The notes beneath the pieces were generated by a model, which saw only the letters and a list, made by a program, of their open reading frames with translations, had not been told where the DNA came from and made no database searches. Positions 1 to 13,188 of a DNA stretch of 64,000 bases are shown in pieces (the stretch's first letter is position 1; every line of letters begins with the position of its first letter). The stretch is from Vicugna vicugna. Its lineage: Eukaryota. The position numbers and the translations under genes were made by a program. The DNA lies in contig MU058714.1 of assembly GCA_013265495.1 (NCBI GenBank), forward strand, positions 372,001-436,000, read 5' to 3'.

Positions 1-2329
1 GGCTCCAGAGGATTTTTGCAGCAGAATTTGTCCCCTCCAAGGCCACAGTCTCCCCTCCCCCAGTAAACAGTACAGAGTGAGTACACTGCCAAAGAGTGGG
101 AGAACTACCCGCGGCTTCTCCGCATCCCGTTGCGGACAAGAACTCCCTGTCTTTTCCAAAAAGATGGAAGTTTTATGTTTAAGGAGGTGGCGGCAGCTCA
201 GGCTTGCCACCAAGAAGCCACCGTCGCGGTCACTTCTTTTAAAATAATTCTTAAGTTCCTTTTAAAATCAGGGCTGCAGGGGAAAGCCGGATTAGGAATT
301 GCTGAGGGTGGAGCGACCTGCAGAGTGAAGTGGACAAGTAAGAGGGAAAATGGGAGGAGGATTAGCCCCACCGTCGAAGGATTAGCTGTTTCCACGGAAA
401 GGGAGGAGGCGCCAAGAGACCGCGGGGGCGGTGAGAGTGTCGCGATGTTGGGGCTGCTGCGTTGGGAGAGGGAGCCAGTCCTTCCTGCATCTCCCTCTTC
501 TTTCCTCTGTGTTCATTGCCCGCTGCCTTTTGGACGGAGTCTCCATTCTGTCTTCTTTACACCTCCCCGGGTGGCCCAGCACAACCCCAGAGGTATTATC
601 TTCTTCCTGGCGGTGGGTGTGATATCATGACCTCTGGGGCAGGGGGCGCCCTTGGGGAAGGGCACCCCTGGAATATTAGAGTATCTAGATGCCCCCAAGT
701 CTTTTCCTAGCTAGGAAACGCAGGGAGTTGCGATTCCAGGCCTCCCAGTCACAGCTCCAGGTTTCAACTTCAGTTTCTCTCTTCGGGAGAGTAGGTGGGA
801 CATCCAATGAACAGTAGAGAAGGGAGCCAGGCGAGAGACTTGCAGGGCATTGCCAGTTCTACTGCTTCCGAAATCTCTTAAATCTGAAGGAGAAGGTCTC
901 TAGCTGACCTCGTTCTCCCGCCTGGGTGTTCCAGCAGCCCCCGGGGCCGTGGGTCCCAGAACTGTCCTCCCCACTGCCGCCCTCGCCCCAAGCTTAGGGT
1001 AGAGGTCCGACCTCCCGAGCCCCGCGAGCAGCCTCTTGTCCTGAGTGGGACGCCATTCAGCCTGCAAGGTCCGTACCAATGACTTCCTTTGCCCCGGAGC
1101 CGAAGCCAACTCGGGCTCAACTGGCCGGGAACAAAGAGCAGTCCCCGCGGGAAAAGGCGCTGCCCACCCTGCTGGAAGGGCGCCGGGGGCGCGGGGAGCC
1201 AGGCTTCAGGCTCCGAGTTGCCACTGCAGGCCTCAGTGCGAGGCAGCGGGATGGTGAGCTTTTCTCCCAAGAGTCAGAAACTTCAAAGAGCAAATCCCCA
1301 AGTCTGGTTTGGCGAAAAGTTCACCCCTCACTTTTTTCACTAGTCGGGTCCGCGCGGACGTGTCCAGTTGAAATGAAGAGGGTGAGCGCAGTGGGCACGG
1401 GGATCTCAGCGGTCCAGCTGCGCTTTAAAGGCGCTTGGGGCACCCAGAAGGGGGCAGGTGGTGACGCCGCAGCAGCTGCGAGGATTCGAGTCCGAGGGTG
1501 AAGGTGTGCCAGGGGCAATTGTGCGGAGGGGGAAGAAGGTAAGATGGGAATAGAAATGGAGGAGAGGTGGCTTGGGGGAGATGACTTGGAGCCTTAGACA
1601 GAGCCTCCCCGCCCCCACCCTTGATACTCAGAGCCTCTAGGCTTACCCCAGTGCCCGCTCCAGCTGAGACTCTCAGCACTGCCAATCCGGGCCCCCAGCT
1701 CAGAGGAATCCAGGCAAGCACCTTCAGCACTTGCATGGCAAGATCAAGCTCCTCTCTCCTCTGGAATATCAGTATTCCAACCTGCCAGATGGGCAGGTTC
1801 TTTCCCATTTTGTTGCTATGACAGGTACCTGTAATAGACCCACATGGAGAGTACTTTGAATCCCAGGAAACCCACACCCACATACCAGTGGCGTTTTTCC
1901 AAAATGGGGAAAGAGGTCCCAGGCTCAATTTCCTCGAGTAAAGCGGTGCTTCTTCCAGTTTCTGTGGGTTCAGGAACTTCTCTCCAGAGGGAAAAATCCT
2001 GGGGCTGTCTACACTGGAGCTTCCAGGGATGCTCAGGGAAGTCAGCCAAGGGAGAGACTGCTGGGTCCAGGGCGGTGGGACAGGGCAGAGGGTGGAGCCA
2101 GGCAGACCTGGAGAGTGCTCACTGGACTGGAGGAATTTATGCAAGGGAGGGAGGAGGCTGGAGCTGACACCTACCAACCAGCTGCCCCAGGGAGCGTGCT
2201 GGGGAGTGCTTGGGAGTCCTGTTTCTACATGGGCTCAAATGTGCATGATGTTTTATGGTCACTTATACCCCGGAGTCTTGTGCCCAGCTAGGCACAAGAG
2301 GTTGTGCAGGAGTGGTGCGAGTGGATAGA

Positions 2330-2530
2330 TGTAGCTACCATTCACTGGGCAAGGGCTGCTCCATGCCAAACTCTGACTAGATGTTACCCAAACTAGTCAC
2401 TTCTATTGTTCATCACAGCCTTTAGAGGGAGACTTTATTAACCACATTTAAAGATGGGGATACAGGCTCAGAGGGGCTTAGTAACTTGCTGGTGACCAAA
2501 TTAAGCTGCAGGGCTAAGGTGCCCAGGAGT
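2330..2530 (-). mobile_element. MIR SINE
   Basis: ttattaaccacatttaaagatggggatacaggctcagaggggcttagtaacttgc. Confidence 0.6.
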
Positions 2531-4299
2531 TGAGGTACCTAAAAGGAGGTGCCGGTACAGTTCTGGGCAGGAAGCTAGACATGCCCCACTGTTGCTCCAA
2601 GTCTTGGGGTTTGGCATGAGAGAGCCAACTGGGGTGCAGCTGGGGTCACTGGCTCTTGGACTTCCCAGACTGGCCAGAACAGAAGCCTGGCAGCCCTGGG
2701 CCAGAGTCCGACAGAGTTCTCCTGCCTCTGACCCCACCTCGCCTCCCTCGCCAGCTGCCCAGGAAAGTGACTGGCTGTCAGTTCCAGAGCACTGGTAGAG
2801 CTAGTCAGGTAGCTACCTTGGGTCTCCACGTACCAGCTCCAGGGTTCCAGGGCCACCAAGCCACACTTACAGGGAAGCCAGTGTCCCGGGCTGCCACTGA
2901 GACATGCCTGCATAATCCCAAAAGCAGTGGATTGGTAATGAAAGATTTGGGTCCCGATCTGTGCTTGCTCCACCCCTGGCTGGCTGAGTTGCCTTGAATA
3001 AGTCTTTTCTTTTTTTTTTTCTTTAACTTCTAGACTTTAGTTTCTCCTGTGTAGTTTGGAGCAGGCAGCCTTGGAGTAACCTGTCTAGTTTCCACATTCC
3101 ATACATTTGGGGTTGTTCAGGCAGGCTTATTTGGATTCCAAAACCTTCAGAAAATACTTGGTAACCATTGGCGGCTGACCACTGATGCATTGCCTCAGCC
3201 AGCACACAACCCTGGAGTTTGTGACTGCCCCGAAGTCACAAGGACTCCTAGTGAGAGCAGTGAATTCCTGTCCCAGCTGTGCCAGGCACTGGTCTGTTTC
3301 CCCAGTGATGCCAAGCACAGAGCTACCAAAAACCTAGGGGAACCAGGAAGGCAAGAGGAAGGGTCCCAGAGGAAACGCTGGGTGACCAGACCACCTCTCT
3401 TGTCCCAGCCTCAGTCTGGGACAACTTAGGGCATTATCTTGCCTCCAGCTCCTGCGCCAGCGCCACGCTGCTGGAGGCATCGCCGCAGCTCGGACTAATT
3501 CCAGGTACATTCTATAGGTGGCATCATGCTACTGGAAATAGCCTCCTTAGAGGGAAGAGGCTCTCTCTGTGGCATCTTCAGGCAGTGGGAAAGCCAAGGC
3601 AAGGTCGACACAACCTCAGTCCAAACTGCCAGGAGAAGGACACCTGAGACACCAGTGGAGTGTGTGATGGGGGATGGTTCTCTCAGACTCTGGGGGCCAC
3701 TGGTCCAAATGCATAGGCTTCTCTTTCTTGCCTACTGCAAATGGTGGGAAGAAAAGGCCTCAGCCCAGAACACAGGGAGCGATAGGTGGGCTCCGTGGGG
3801 TCTCCAACAACATTCACCAGCAAAGCCATGCTGTCTGACCTGCCTGGCTGGTGTAAGAGTCGTGTCAGCACACCACTGGTCCCAGCCTGAGACCCCTCCC
3901 TGGTTGCCAGATGTCCTGGCCAGGGGCCACTCCTGAGTCAGGACGTCCTGCCTGGAAGAGGCCAAAACTCTTCTCCCAGTGGGCCAGGAAACCCGAAAGA
4001 AGTGGGGAGGGAGAAGGCAAGCAGTGTAATCTGCTGGATACAGGACTTTGGCGTCACCAGCATACGCAGGACCCTGAGATGGCCAGGACCCTGAAATGGC
4101 CAAGGCTGATGAGTTGTCCTGAGGCTCCACCCTGGCCAACCTCTCCTCTTAAAGAGACCCCATGCAGCTACTCCTCGTCACAGCTGTCTGATCCGGCCTC
4201 CTTGGGCCCAATCGCGTGCTGGGCATTGACCCACTGGGCCTGTCACTGTGGAACAGGGCAGATACAGAAGAGAGAGGTGTGACAGCGACTCCTCCCACC

Positions 4300-6200
4300 T
4301 CTCCTTCCCACCGCCCGGCTGGCTCCAGGCTGCCCGAGCCCTCCCGGGTACCGAGCCGGTGGGTCCTCGCCGCCACCACTCCAGGCCTCCTCACCGCCCG
4401 GGCCACGCGTAGCTCCCGCTTCATGAGCCCGGGCCTGGGACCTCAGGCAGGTCTGGCGCCCAGGAAGAGGAGAAATGGTGCGCGGATCTCAGCTGACGGC
4501 ACGATGGGTCAGGCTTCGGGAGACAGCTGAAAGGACCCTAAACCCCCAAATCACAGTCCAGGTCTCTTTCTTCCCCTTCCCCCACCAACCAGGCGATTGG
4601 CTAAGGCTACGTTTCTCCGGATCCTGGGCCTCTGCTCAGACTCAACATAGACTCGCTCACATTTTCTTTCTTTCTTTTTTTTTTTTTTAACAAAAGCAAT
4701 TAGATTTCAATCCCGGTTCATTTGCATTTGCACCTCGGAAACAGTAAGGGGAGGAGTGTGAGGGAAGGAGCAGGGGCCTGGCGGCAGCAGATGACACCTT
4801 CCGAGCGCCACAGCTGGCCTGGGCTGCCATTGCGCCGGCCACATCTGGCCGGGCCGCGCGACCGCGCTGCCGCCGCGGCCCCCTCCCCGCCGGCTCCCGG
4901 GGCCCGCGCGCCGCAGCCCGCTCGGTGGCGCGCTCATCGATCCGCCGGGCCGCGGCCGGGCGAGCGGAGAACAAGGTATAGCCTGTATTTAGGTTCCTGC
5001 CCTTATATGGCGATGTGCGCGAGCGCCCGCCGAGCGGCCGCACCATATAAGGGCACGCGACGGGCGCCGGGCTGAGCTGGTGCAAGCTCATTGGCCCGCG
5101 CGTCTCTCGGCAACCGGCTCTCACGAGTGGAAACGAGCCAGCCGCCCCCGCCCGCTCCCCGCCCCCTCCCTTTCTTTCTCCCGCGGCATCCCCGCCTCTC
5201 GCCTCCGCACCCCTCTCCTTGGCTACCCGCATTTTTGCCCGCACCCTCTCCCTAAGTTTTCTTCCCGCGGTCGTCCCCCTCCCCCTCGGCCTCGTTGTCA
5301 TTATTTTCCTCCCGCACGGCCTGTCCTCGCCGCCTCCGCGCACGCTCCCATTTCCACCCCACGCACCCCCTCCCCAAACCCCGGCGAACCGTGGCGGAGG
5401 AGCGGGAAGGCCCGGATGCGGGAGGGGAGCTAAAGGGGGAGGAGGTGTGCATCGCTGCTGCAGTTGCCGCCGAAGCATCAGGTCCACCGAGTGCACGCAC
5501 AGGGCTCTGGGAACAGTCCGAGGCTCTCCACTCCCAACACACACACGCTCACCTCCCACGCCCCAAAGGTAATCGAGCAATTAGCTGCCGAAGAAATGTA
5601 CTTGCGGGGCTAGGGATGTGCTAAACCATAAACAGCCCTAGGTACCACCAAATTATCATCTCCCAGGGTGTCCCTTCGGGTTGAATTTCCAAATATAATC
5701 ATAATAATGATAAATCGATGTCCCATTTAAAGGTTACTTTAAAAACCTGCCAATTGTTGTGAAGGGAATGCTGCGTGCGGGAGAAAAAAAATGCACCGAA
5801 AGAGCCACCCTCGGGTTTCCAGGCAGAATGCAATGCAGTGGTGGTTGCGGGATGTAGGTCAGGTGCTCAGCGCTGGGCCCACCCGCTGGACTGGAGCCCG
5901 GTGAGGGAGAAGACGTCGCTATTCCCATGGGGATAAGGCTCCGATTAGCCTCAAACTCAGGCAGTCAAAGCACCCCGGTTCTTGGGGCTCCCCTGGCCCC
6001 CTCCCTCGCTCACAGAGGCGCGCGCACGCGCACGCAGGCACAGGTGTCTGGCTGACCCTTCCGGAGCGGTAGCCTGTTCCGAAGCGCGTGTCCTTCTAGC
6101 GACGCCGCGGCGGCTAGAGCCATCCCCTTGGGGACTTGCTCTTGTCCCTAGGGGATCCAAAGAGGAGAACTAAGACAATGAGTACTCTAGCGCCCTGGGA
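4300..6200. promoter_or_regulatory. Orphan CpG island with promoter-like motifs (two CArG boxes, ETS core, CCAAT, octamer)
   Basis: CpG-dense core 4800-5500. CCTTATATGG 5001-5010, CCATATAAGG 5043-5052, ATTGG ~5090, ATTTGCAT 4720-4727. Confidence 0.7.
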
Positions 6201-7299
6201 CTTTGCCTGTGACCGAGCTTGCCTCTAGGGCCGCCGCCTAGCCGAGGCGAGGAGCGATGCCCCCTACTGGGAAGCCTATGCCAGGAACTAGGCGCAGGTG
6301 GGGGTCGCACAAGAGACCTGGCTCTAGTGGGGGATGGGGAACGGGGAGTGATGACCCGCGTGACCTCTGTTCGGTCTTGGGCATCCTTCCCTGCCCTCGC
6401 CCTCCTTCCCTTTCCAAATTCAGATTCCCCAACCTAGCCCCTCCCAGAGGAAGATGGCAAAAGCTGTCTCTGCCAGGGAACGTGGGTGCAAGATTGGAGA
6501 GGGTGCTGCCTGCTGGATCGGGTTAGTTTCGGCCCCCTTGTCCTCGCCTTTTATGCGGAAGGAAGCTCTGCGGCCGCAGCAGCCCTTGATGCCATCACGA
6601 ACCCCTCCCGGACCTTGGGTGAGATTTGCTGTTGCGGTGTCTTGCCTAGCAGAAAATACAGTTCCCTCCCGCGCAGGGGCTGAGGATGCCCTCGGGGCAG
6701 AGGATTTGTCTGGGTCTCTGCCATGAAGATCTCTGAGCACTGGAAAACCTATGCATGCCCGGGGTCCAGCCTCTCAGTGCCCCCACATAGCCCATCTCTG
6801 CCCCGCACTTGCCCACGCCCATTTAGGTCATTTATATTAAATCTCCATTCCCAAGTTACTGTGTGCTTAGGCACATGGATACCTTTGCCCAGAGGGTGTA
6901 AGGGAAAGGGAGGCCCCCAGATGTTCTCCCTGCTCAGCGACATTTCTCCTTAAATGTGCCTCTTCTTCTCTACTCTTAAACCCCAAAAGAAGAAGCCACT
7001 CATAGATCTGGAAACCCCTTTCCTTGACCTGTTGGCTTCTGGTCCCTGTCCTCTAATTTATTGAATTTGAATTTTCCAGCCAGTAGTGGTGAAATCGCTG
7101 GAGTTGAGAACGCGGTTGGCGGGAGGGGTAAGAGAGAAACTTGCAGATAAGGAAAAATAAAGTCCCAATTTACAGATACACCTCTTCTCTGCCAGCCCGG
7201 CTTGCTACGTCCCGGATTCCTCCCTGATGGAGTCAAGAGGGCCATGGACTTGCTCGACTTCACCAAGTGGTCTGGGCTCCGGAGCCCGACCCCACCCAC

Positions 7300-8900
7300 G
7301 GGTCCTCTGTTTGCACTTTTCGTTTTTTTTCCCCCAGCAATACCAGCCCCGAGGCTCCGGGGGCAACTTCCTTCCCGCCCTGGTGCTCTCCCAAGCCCTG
7401 TCCTGAGCCTGCGCCCCACCCGCGCCGGTTCTCCAGCTAGATCTGGACGCCCCTCTCCAGAGCCCGGAGCTCCCCTGGCGTCCAGAGGAGAATGCTTGGG
7501 CCCAGGTGCCAGCGAACTGCAGGGTGGCCGCGGGCACCTCTTCAGCGCGGGCGGCCCTTGGCTGGGCAGAGGCAGGGGTCGGGGAGCTGTTCCCTGCGGA
7601 GAGGAGGGTGGGCTTGGGGCACCTGCTGAACTGCCGCCGCCGCTGCGGCTCATGGCGCCGAAGGATCCACCCGGATCTTCTCCGGGGAGTTCCGGGCTTG
7701 GGTCGTTTTGTAGTCGGCACGCACACAGCTTTTCAATTTATTTTTTATTTTTCGGTGAGGGGGACGTCGGGGCTGGCCAACCCAGCTCCAACGCCAGGGT
7801 GGGGGTGGGGGTGAGGACAGGGATATCTTACGTGGGTGGGGGCGGCACGCGGCCACTTAAGTCAGCAGTCCATTAGCATTTCCCCACCCGGGCTCGTGAC
7901 CTCGCGAGGACACAGGGCATGCAGGGTAGGGGACAGACCGATAGCGCCCTCCGTGCACTGTCCCCCTGTCACTTCCCACCCCGTTCGGCAGGTAACTGCC
8001 CCTCCCCCTCCCCGCACGCCCCCCGCTGCGGTCCCAGATCCCCCTGTGCCCGCGAGGGTCCTGGCGCCCGGGCGGAGTGTCCGCTGGTGGGGAAGGGAGC
8101 GGGGCTGCGAGTGGGCTGCGGCGCCCGTCCCCCGCCCGTGGCAGCGTGGCGACTGGCGCCGCTTTGGCAGCCATTTTCTGCAGCTGCCGCGGCCGGGGCT
8201 CTGCGGAGAGAGGCGGAGGCTGCAGCCGCCAGACAGAGGCGGTGGGGACAGAGGGGTGCGGGGTCACCAGCAGGGGGGTCAGTCGGTGGCCGTAGCGGGG
8301 GCAGGAGCCGTGCAGTGTCGCCGGCTCCCCCCGCCCCTCCCCCTGCTGCATTGCAGGCAGAGCGGGGCCGCTCCGCGTGGCGAGCGCCTGCGATCCCACC
8401 CTTTCCCCGCCATCTTGTACCCGGGCTGGCGCCTTCCCAAAGCGGAGCTGCCGCAGACAAAGCCCGCCCTGGGTCCGCGGGGGCCCCTGCAGCCCACCCG
8501 GGCTGGGCAGCCTGGGGCCCCCAGGGCCCGTGCCCTTGCCCTGCCACTCCTGGGGGGGGGATGGTGCTCCCCCTACACCCAGGGGGGCTCGGCGTGCTAC
8601 GGCCGCTCGCCTAGCCCCAGAGGGTCAGCGGGGACCCCTTTCCACATCGGTTGCTGGGCTGGACCCGCGCCTTCGCCGCAGCCCACCCTGGTTGCGGGAA
8701 GGGGGGTCTCCACAGGCTCGGCGGTGACGACAGCTGGACACTCTTCTAGCCTCGAGTTCCTTTCTTCTGATTGGGTTGGTGGCGGGGGCTGTCACTAGCC
8801 CTGGAGCCCCCACCGCCCGTGCGTAGTGCCAACCTCACGTCCCCGTTTTTCCCCAGGAACCTCAAAGAAGACCGGAGCGTGGGCGGCTCTCGAGACCCCC
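7300..8900. promoter_or_regulatory. Orphan CpG island
   Basis: High GC and CpG density, no credible coding exon. Confidence 0.65.
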
Positions 8901-9699
8901 CTAGCTGCCCAGCAGCTGCTGCAAACCAGAGATTTGGCACTCCATTTTTCTGGGATGGTAGTGCTGTCGCCCCAAACCCCCAGCTTGCTCAGCCCCTTCC
9001 CTCAATGCCCCAGTACAGGACTTCCCGACCTAGGGGAGTAGGGGGAGGGTCAGGCAGCCTTTCCGCAGCCCCGAGACCCTGAGATAATCTGGAGCCTGGC
9101 ATTGTACGCCACGCTACTCCTTGGTAGCGCATTTTCTCCCTGAAGACTCCATTTTCCCATCCCCAAGTCCCCGGCCCCTGGGGATGGGGTGGGGGCGAGG
9201 CGCGCCCACAGTCCCCAACAGCTGTTTGGTTCCTCCGGACTCCTCATCCCCCTCTCCCCAGGGAGCATATGGCCACCGGCTCTGGAGCCCTCTCCCTTCC
9301 ACCGACCCCTTAGTGACTCCCCATCTTCCAGTCCACCTAGAGTCCCAGGAGTGTCCGACTGAAAGGAACAGTGGTGGATGAGGAAACTTAGGCTGGGAGA
9401 GGAGTGACTGGTGCAAGGTCATTCAGGTTATTGGCAGAGCTGGACTCTTCACACACCCTACCTCTCCCCTTATTTCTTTCAAATACCAAGCTCAAAGCCC
9501 AGGCTCGCTGTGGACTGGGAGCTCACTCCTCCAAGTACTTTTGGCCAACGTCAGGACCGCGGCGGGAGGGGGCTGGGCACCAGAGGGGTAGGGAGCTGCC
9601 AGACTGCTGGTTCACACCTGAACACTGGGTTTTCCCAACCGGACGCTTGCTGTCTTCCCCACCCCCATCCTGCGGGGTCTCCTTCGAGGGTGAAAAACA

Positions 9700-10900
9700 A
9701 AGCATCCCGGGCTGGCCTCTCCAACGCTGCTGGCAGGACTCAGTCCTCCCCCACCAATGCCTGCCAGCCCGCGTGGATTCCGAGCCCGGCTCCGGAAACC
9801 AGTCTGACCACTTCGCCCATTTCCCAAGCCTCCCCGGGCGGCGGGCGGCCGGCTCCCGGGGTGGGGTGAGCCCGGCTCGGCCGCAGCCTCCGCTGCCCCA
9901 GCGATGAATGGATTTGCCCATTAGGTGGCCGTCAAAGTGACAAACCCGCCCGCACTCTGGGGGCTTCCGGGCCGCTCTTCATCCAGTCTCCTCCCATCGC
10001 GAAAACTGGTGTTTGAAAGATCCACCCCAGGGCTGGGTAGCCTCTGGCCCGCGAGGTCAGCCGCCTGGCCCTGACGACCCTGGCGCAGAGCCGCTTCCAG
10101 ACCTCGCCCTGTGCGCCTCGTCTCAGACACCCTGAGGGCGCTTACAGTCAAGTCGGGACACCAAGCTGAGTCCCAATGGAGTGTCAAGCCTTCAGAAAGT
10201 GGCTGTAGCGTGGGGTCCCCAGAGCGTTGCCCGATGGGACCGAAGCTGGACCGACCTCGAGGGGACCGCGGGCGGGAGAGGCCAGAACAGACCCGCCGAG
10301 GTGGGAGGGTGGATGTGTGGCCCCGAAGCCCTTCCTGCTCACGTGTTTCAAAGGCTTGCGAGCAGTTCACCAGGTTGCCCCAAGAAAGCCACTGTGCCCC
10401 CACGTCCAGCCCGCGGCTTCTGGCGAAAAGAACCTCCTCGTGGGCAAAGCCGAGCTGTCCCTGCCCCGCGCGCCCGCTGACCCCCAGCCCGGGGCCGGAT
10501 GGTGCGTGGCGGCGGGCCTGTGGTCTCGGCGGGTGCGGAGCTGCGCTGCGGCGGCCGCGGGGGCGAGGAGGGAAAATGGCCGGCCGCCGGCATCGACCGC
10601 CAGGCCAGGGGGCCGCGGGAGGACAAGCAGGCACGCCAGGTGGAGGGGCGCCGCTCCCCAGCTTTGTGGAGCGGCCCCCGCGGCTCCCGGTGCCGGGCTG
10701 GGGCCGGCGGAGCCAGCTTTGCCGAGTCAGCAGGGCCGAGGTGCGGCCGGTGCGCGCCCTCCCCGAGCCCCGCCCCCTCCCTGTCCCCGTCTCGCTTTTG
10801 GGGGAGGAAGGGGAGGACAGTGAGCACCCACAGGCAGAGTCGGTGATGTGCTTGGGTGTCCTCCCGGATCAGCCCACCCCTCGCTGTTCCCTGATGCTTC
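9700..10900. promoter_or_regulatory. Orphan CpG island
   Basis: High GC and CpG density, GC box ccccgcccc near 10770. Confidence 0.65.
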
Positions 10901-11929
10901 CCCTCCCCCACCACAGTTAACCTGGGGAGGGAGCAGAACAGAGCTGTCTGCCCTTGGAGCACCTCGCCCCTCCCCACAACCCATGTAATAGCTGGCTTAT
11001 TCCTTCCTTCTAGGCCGGGTTGAAAGGTTTAAAAGGAGCGGAGTGGGGGCGGGGCGGGGGTGGAGAAGAACAAGGAAAAGGTACTAGTTACTGTTTCACC
11101 CCACGCTAGGTAGAGGCTGTCTCCTCTCCGAAAGTGTTGGGGTTGGGTGTTGTGGAGGAGCCAAGAGAACGGTACCGGTCATGTTCAACAGACCATGGCA
11201 GAATGAGGTTGGAGGTCAGCCCAGCTGGCTAGGGAACCCCCAGAGCTCCTAGCACTTGGAGCTCTGCCCCTGAGGGCAAACCCAGATGAAACAGGAGGAA
11301 GCTGTAGAGAAGCTGGATTTAAAAGTGGTAAAGGAGGAGCAGTCAACAATGAGCACCCTGTAGAGAGAGCAGGGTGGGATACCTGAGACTCCTAGGTCTA
11401 CTGTGGTGGCGAAATCATAGAGAGAATTCCTGCTGAGGTCTGAGGATGACCTGAATAACCTCCAAGGCCTCCATCTCCAGGATCCATGGGAACAGACAAA
11501 ACAGAGGCATGACCCACGACTGGGCCCAGTTCTGCTGGAGCTGAATTTCTCCAGGCTTCACGGTTCCTTGTCGGTACAACAGGGCCATGGACTCTGTGAA
11601 ATAACATGGGAAGTGCCTGGCATTTAGTAGGTGCCCCAATTAGAAAAGTAGCAAAACACCTTTAGTTTCCAAATAAGTGTTGATGTCCTTATGGTCCTCT
11701 TTGCCATCATGATTATGGAGAAGCTTCCTCAGATGCACCTCTGTTCCCAGCACTGCCCTAGGCCCTGCACCAAAGGCATGAAGAAGATGCCAACAAAGTC
11801 CCTTGTGTCACTAGCGTGCAGGTAGTGGCAGTAGAAAACCTGTGTCTCCAAGAATGGACCATCCTCCCTGCCCCCCCTTCCTCTCCTTGGGGGAAATCCC
11901 AAGGTAAAATGAGAGGCTCACTATCAATA

Positions 11930-12200
11930 TCCATTCATCCATCCATCCACCCATCCTACCTATTCACCCAACAAAGATTTCCTGGGCACATTCTCCATGC
12001 TAGTCAAGCCGAGTGCTCTGAGTTAGGGTTATTTTTTACAAATAAAACGGACCTGGCTTCTGACCTCAGAGGGTTTAAAGCCTGGTGTGGGAGGAGACAG
12101 CAACAGAAAGCCACACACCTGATGTAGTTTACAACCTTGGTAAGTGTCCCTGAAGAAGTGTTTGGTTCTGTTGAGAGCATATAACAGGTTCATCTGGGGT
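11930..12200 (-). mobile_element. L2 3'-end fragment
   Basis: cattcatccatcc...attcacccaacaaagattt... L2 tail pattern. Confidence 0.5.
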
Positions 12201-12939
12201 TATGGGCTGCAGGAAAGGCCAGGATGCAAGTTGCCTGAACAACTCGGGCTTCTGATTCAGGCTATTTCGGGTTGTCAGATCAGCTCATGAGGATGTGACC
12301 AAAATTTAAGCATTGATGGAGCAGCCATGGAAATAGAATGGCTCTGGAGTAAAGACGGTGAATAAAAGTCCTACATCAGCTCTCAATTGAGGGAGAGAGG
12401 AGTCTACAAAGAAACTTAGGCGCGAGGAGAGGGAGGTTTATTGCCAGGTCTGTAGAGCAGATGTGGTAACCGGCAGCCACTTCTTTTGGAGGCTACTCTA
12501 AAGCCATGTTCAACTTTAGGGGCCTCCGGAGGGCTGAGCCAGTTGTGGAGCAAGCCCAGCTGTTTGGGTCTGAACCAGAACTTGAGCAGGCTGCATCTTG
12601 TATCAAGCCGACTTCTCTTATCCAGTCTGCTTGGAGAGTGGACCCCAAGTCAGGGGCCACAGGAAGAAAGGTTTGTGGTCTTGGATGCTTCACCAGCTAA
12701 AGACCTCATTGTATTTTCCTGTAAAATGAAGGGGTGGGTCCTGGAGTCTCTCAGAGGCTCCTTCCTGTTCCATCCTTGTGACAACTCTGTGGTCCCAGGA
12801 GTGGTTCCCTTTGCGGAGTTCATCCCAGTTTACAGCTGGGGCCTCTGCTGTGTGGGTGGCTGTGGCTGTGCTGCCGCTCCTGCAGGAGGGCATCCTGGCC
12901 AGACACACTTGGTGTGCAGAGATTGCCGATGGCAGCAGT

Positions 12940-13188
12940 GTGGAACCGTGACTCCCTGGGTGAGGAGCCCAGACTCCCTGGATCCAAGCCCTGGCTCCAC
13001 CAGTCACTAGCTCTGTGACCCCAGGCCAGGTACTTGTCCTCTCAAAGCATCCACTTCCTCATGGGGGTAATAGTAGTCTGTATTGCATCAGGTTATTGCA
13101 AGGATTAAAAGAGAGAATGCATGTAAGGGCTCTTCCGTGGAGCCTGGCTCAGTGAGGAATCTGTAATTGTGAGTTATTGTCATTATTA
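12940..13188 (+). mobile_element. MIR SINE (near full length)
   Basis: ccctggctccacc...ctagctctgtgacc...gttattgcaaggattaaaagagagaatgcatgtaa. Confidence 0.75.

Noticed and set aside
4687..10977. Many 200-320 aa ORFs in the left CpG islands, or CBX8 exons
   Set aside because: They are Pro/Gly/Arg/Ala-rich translations overlapping in several frames. I found no chromodomain or C-box sequence, so CBX8 coding exons are not in this window.
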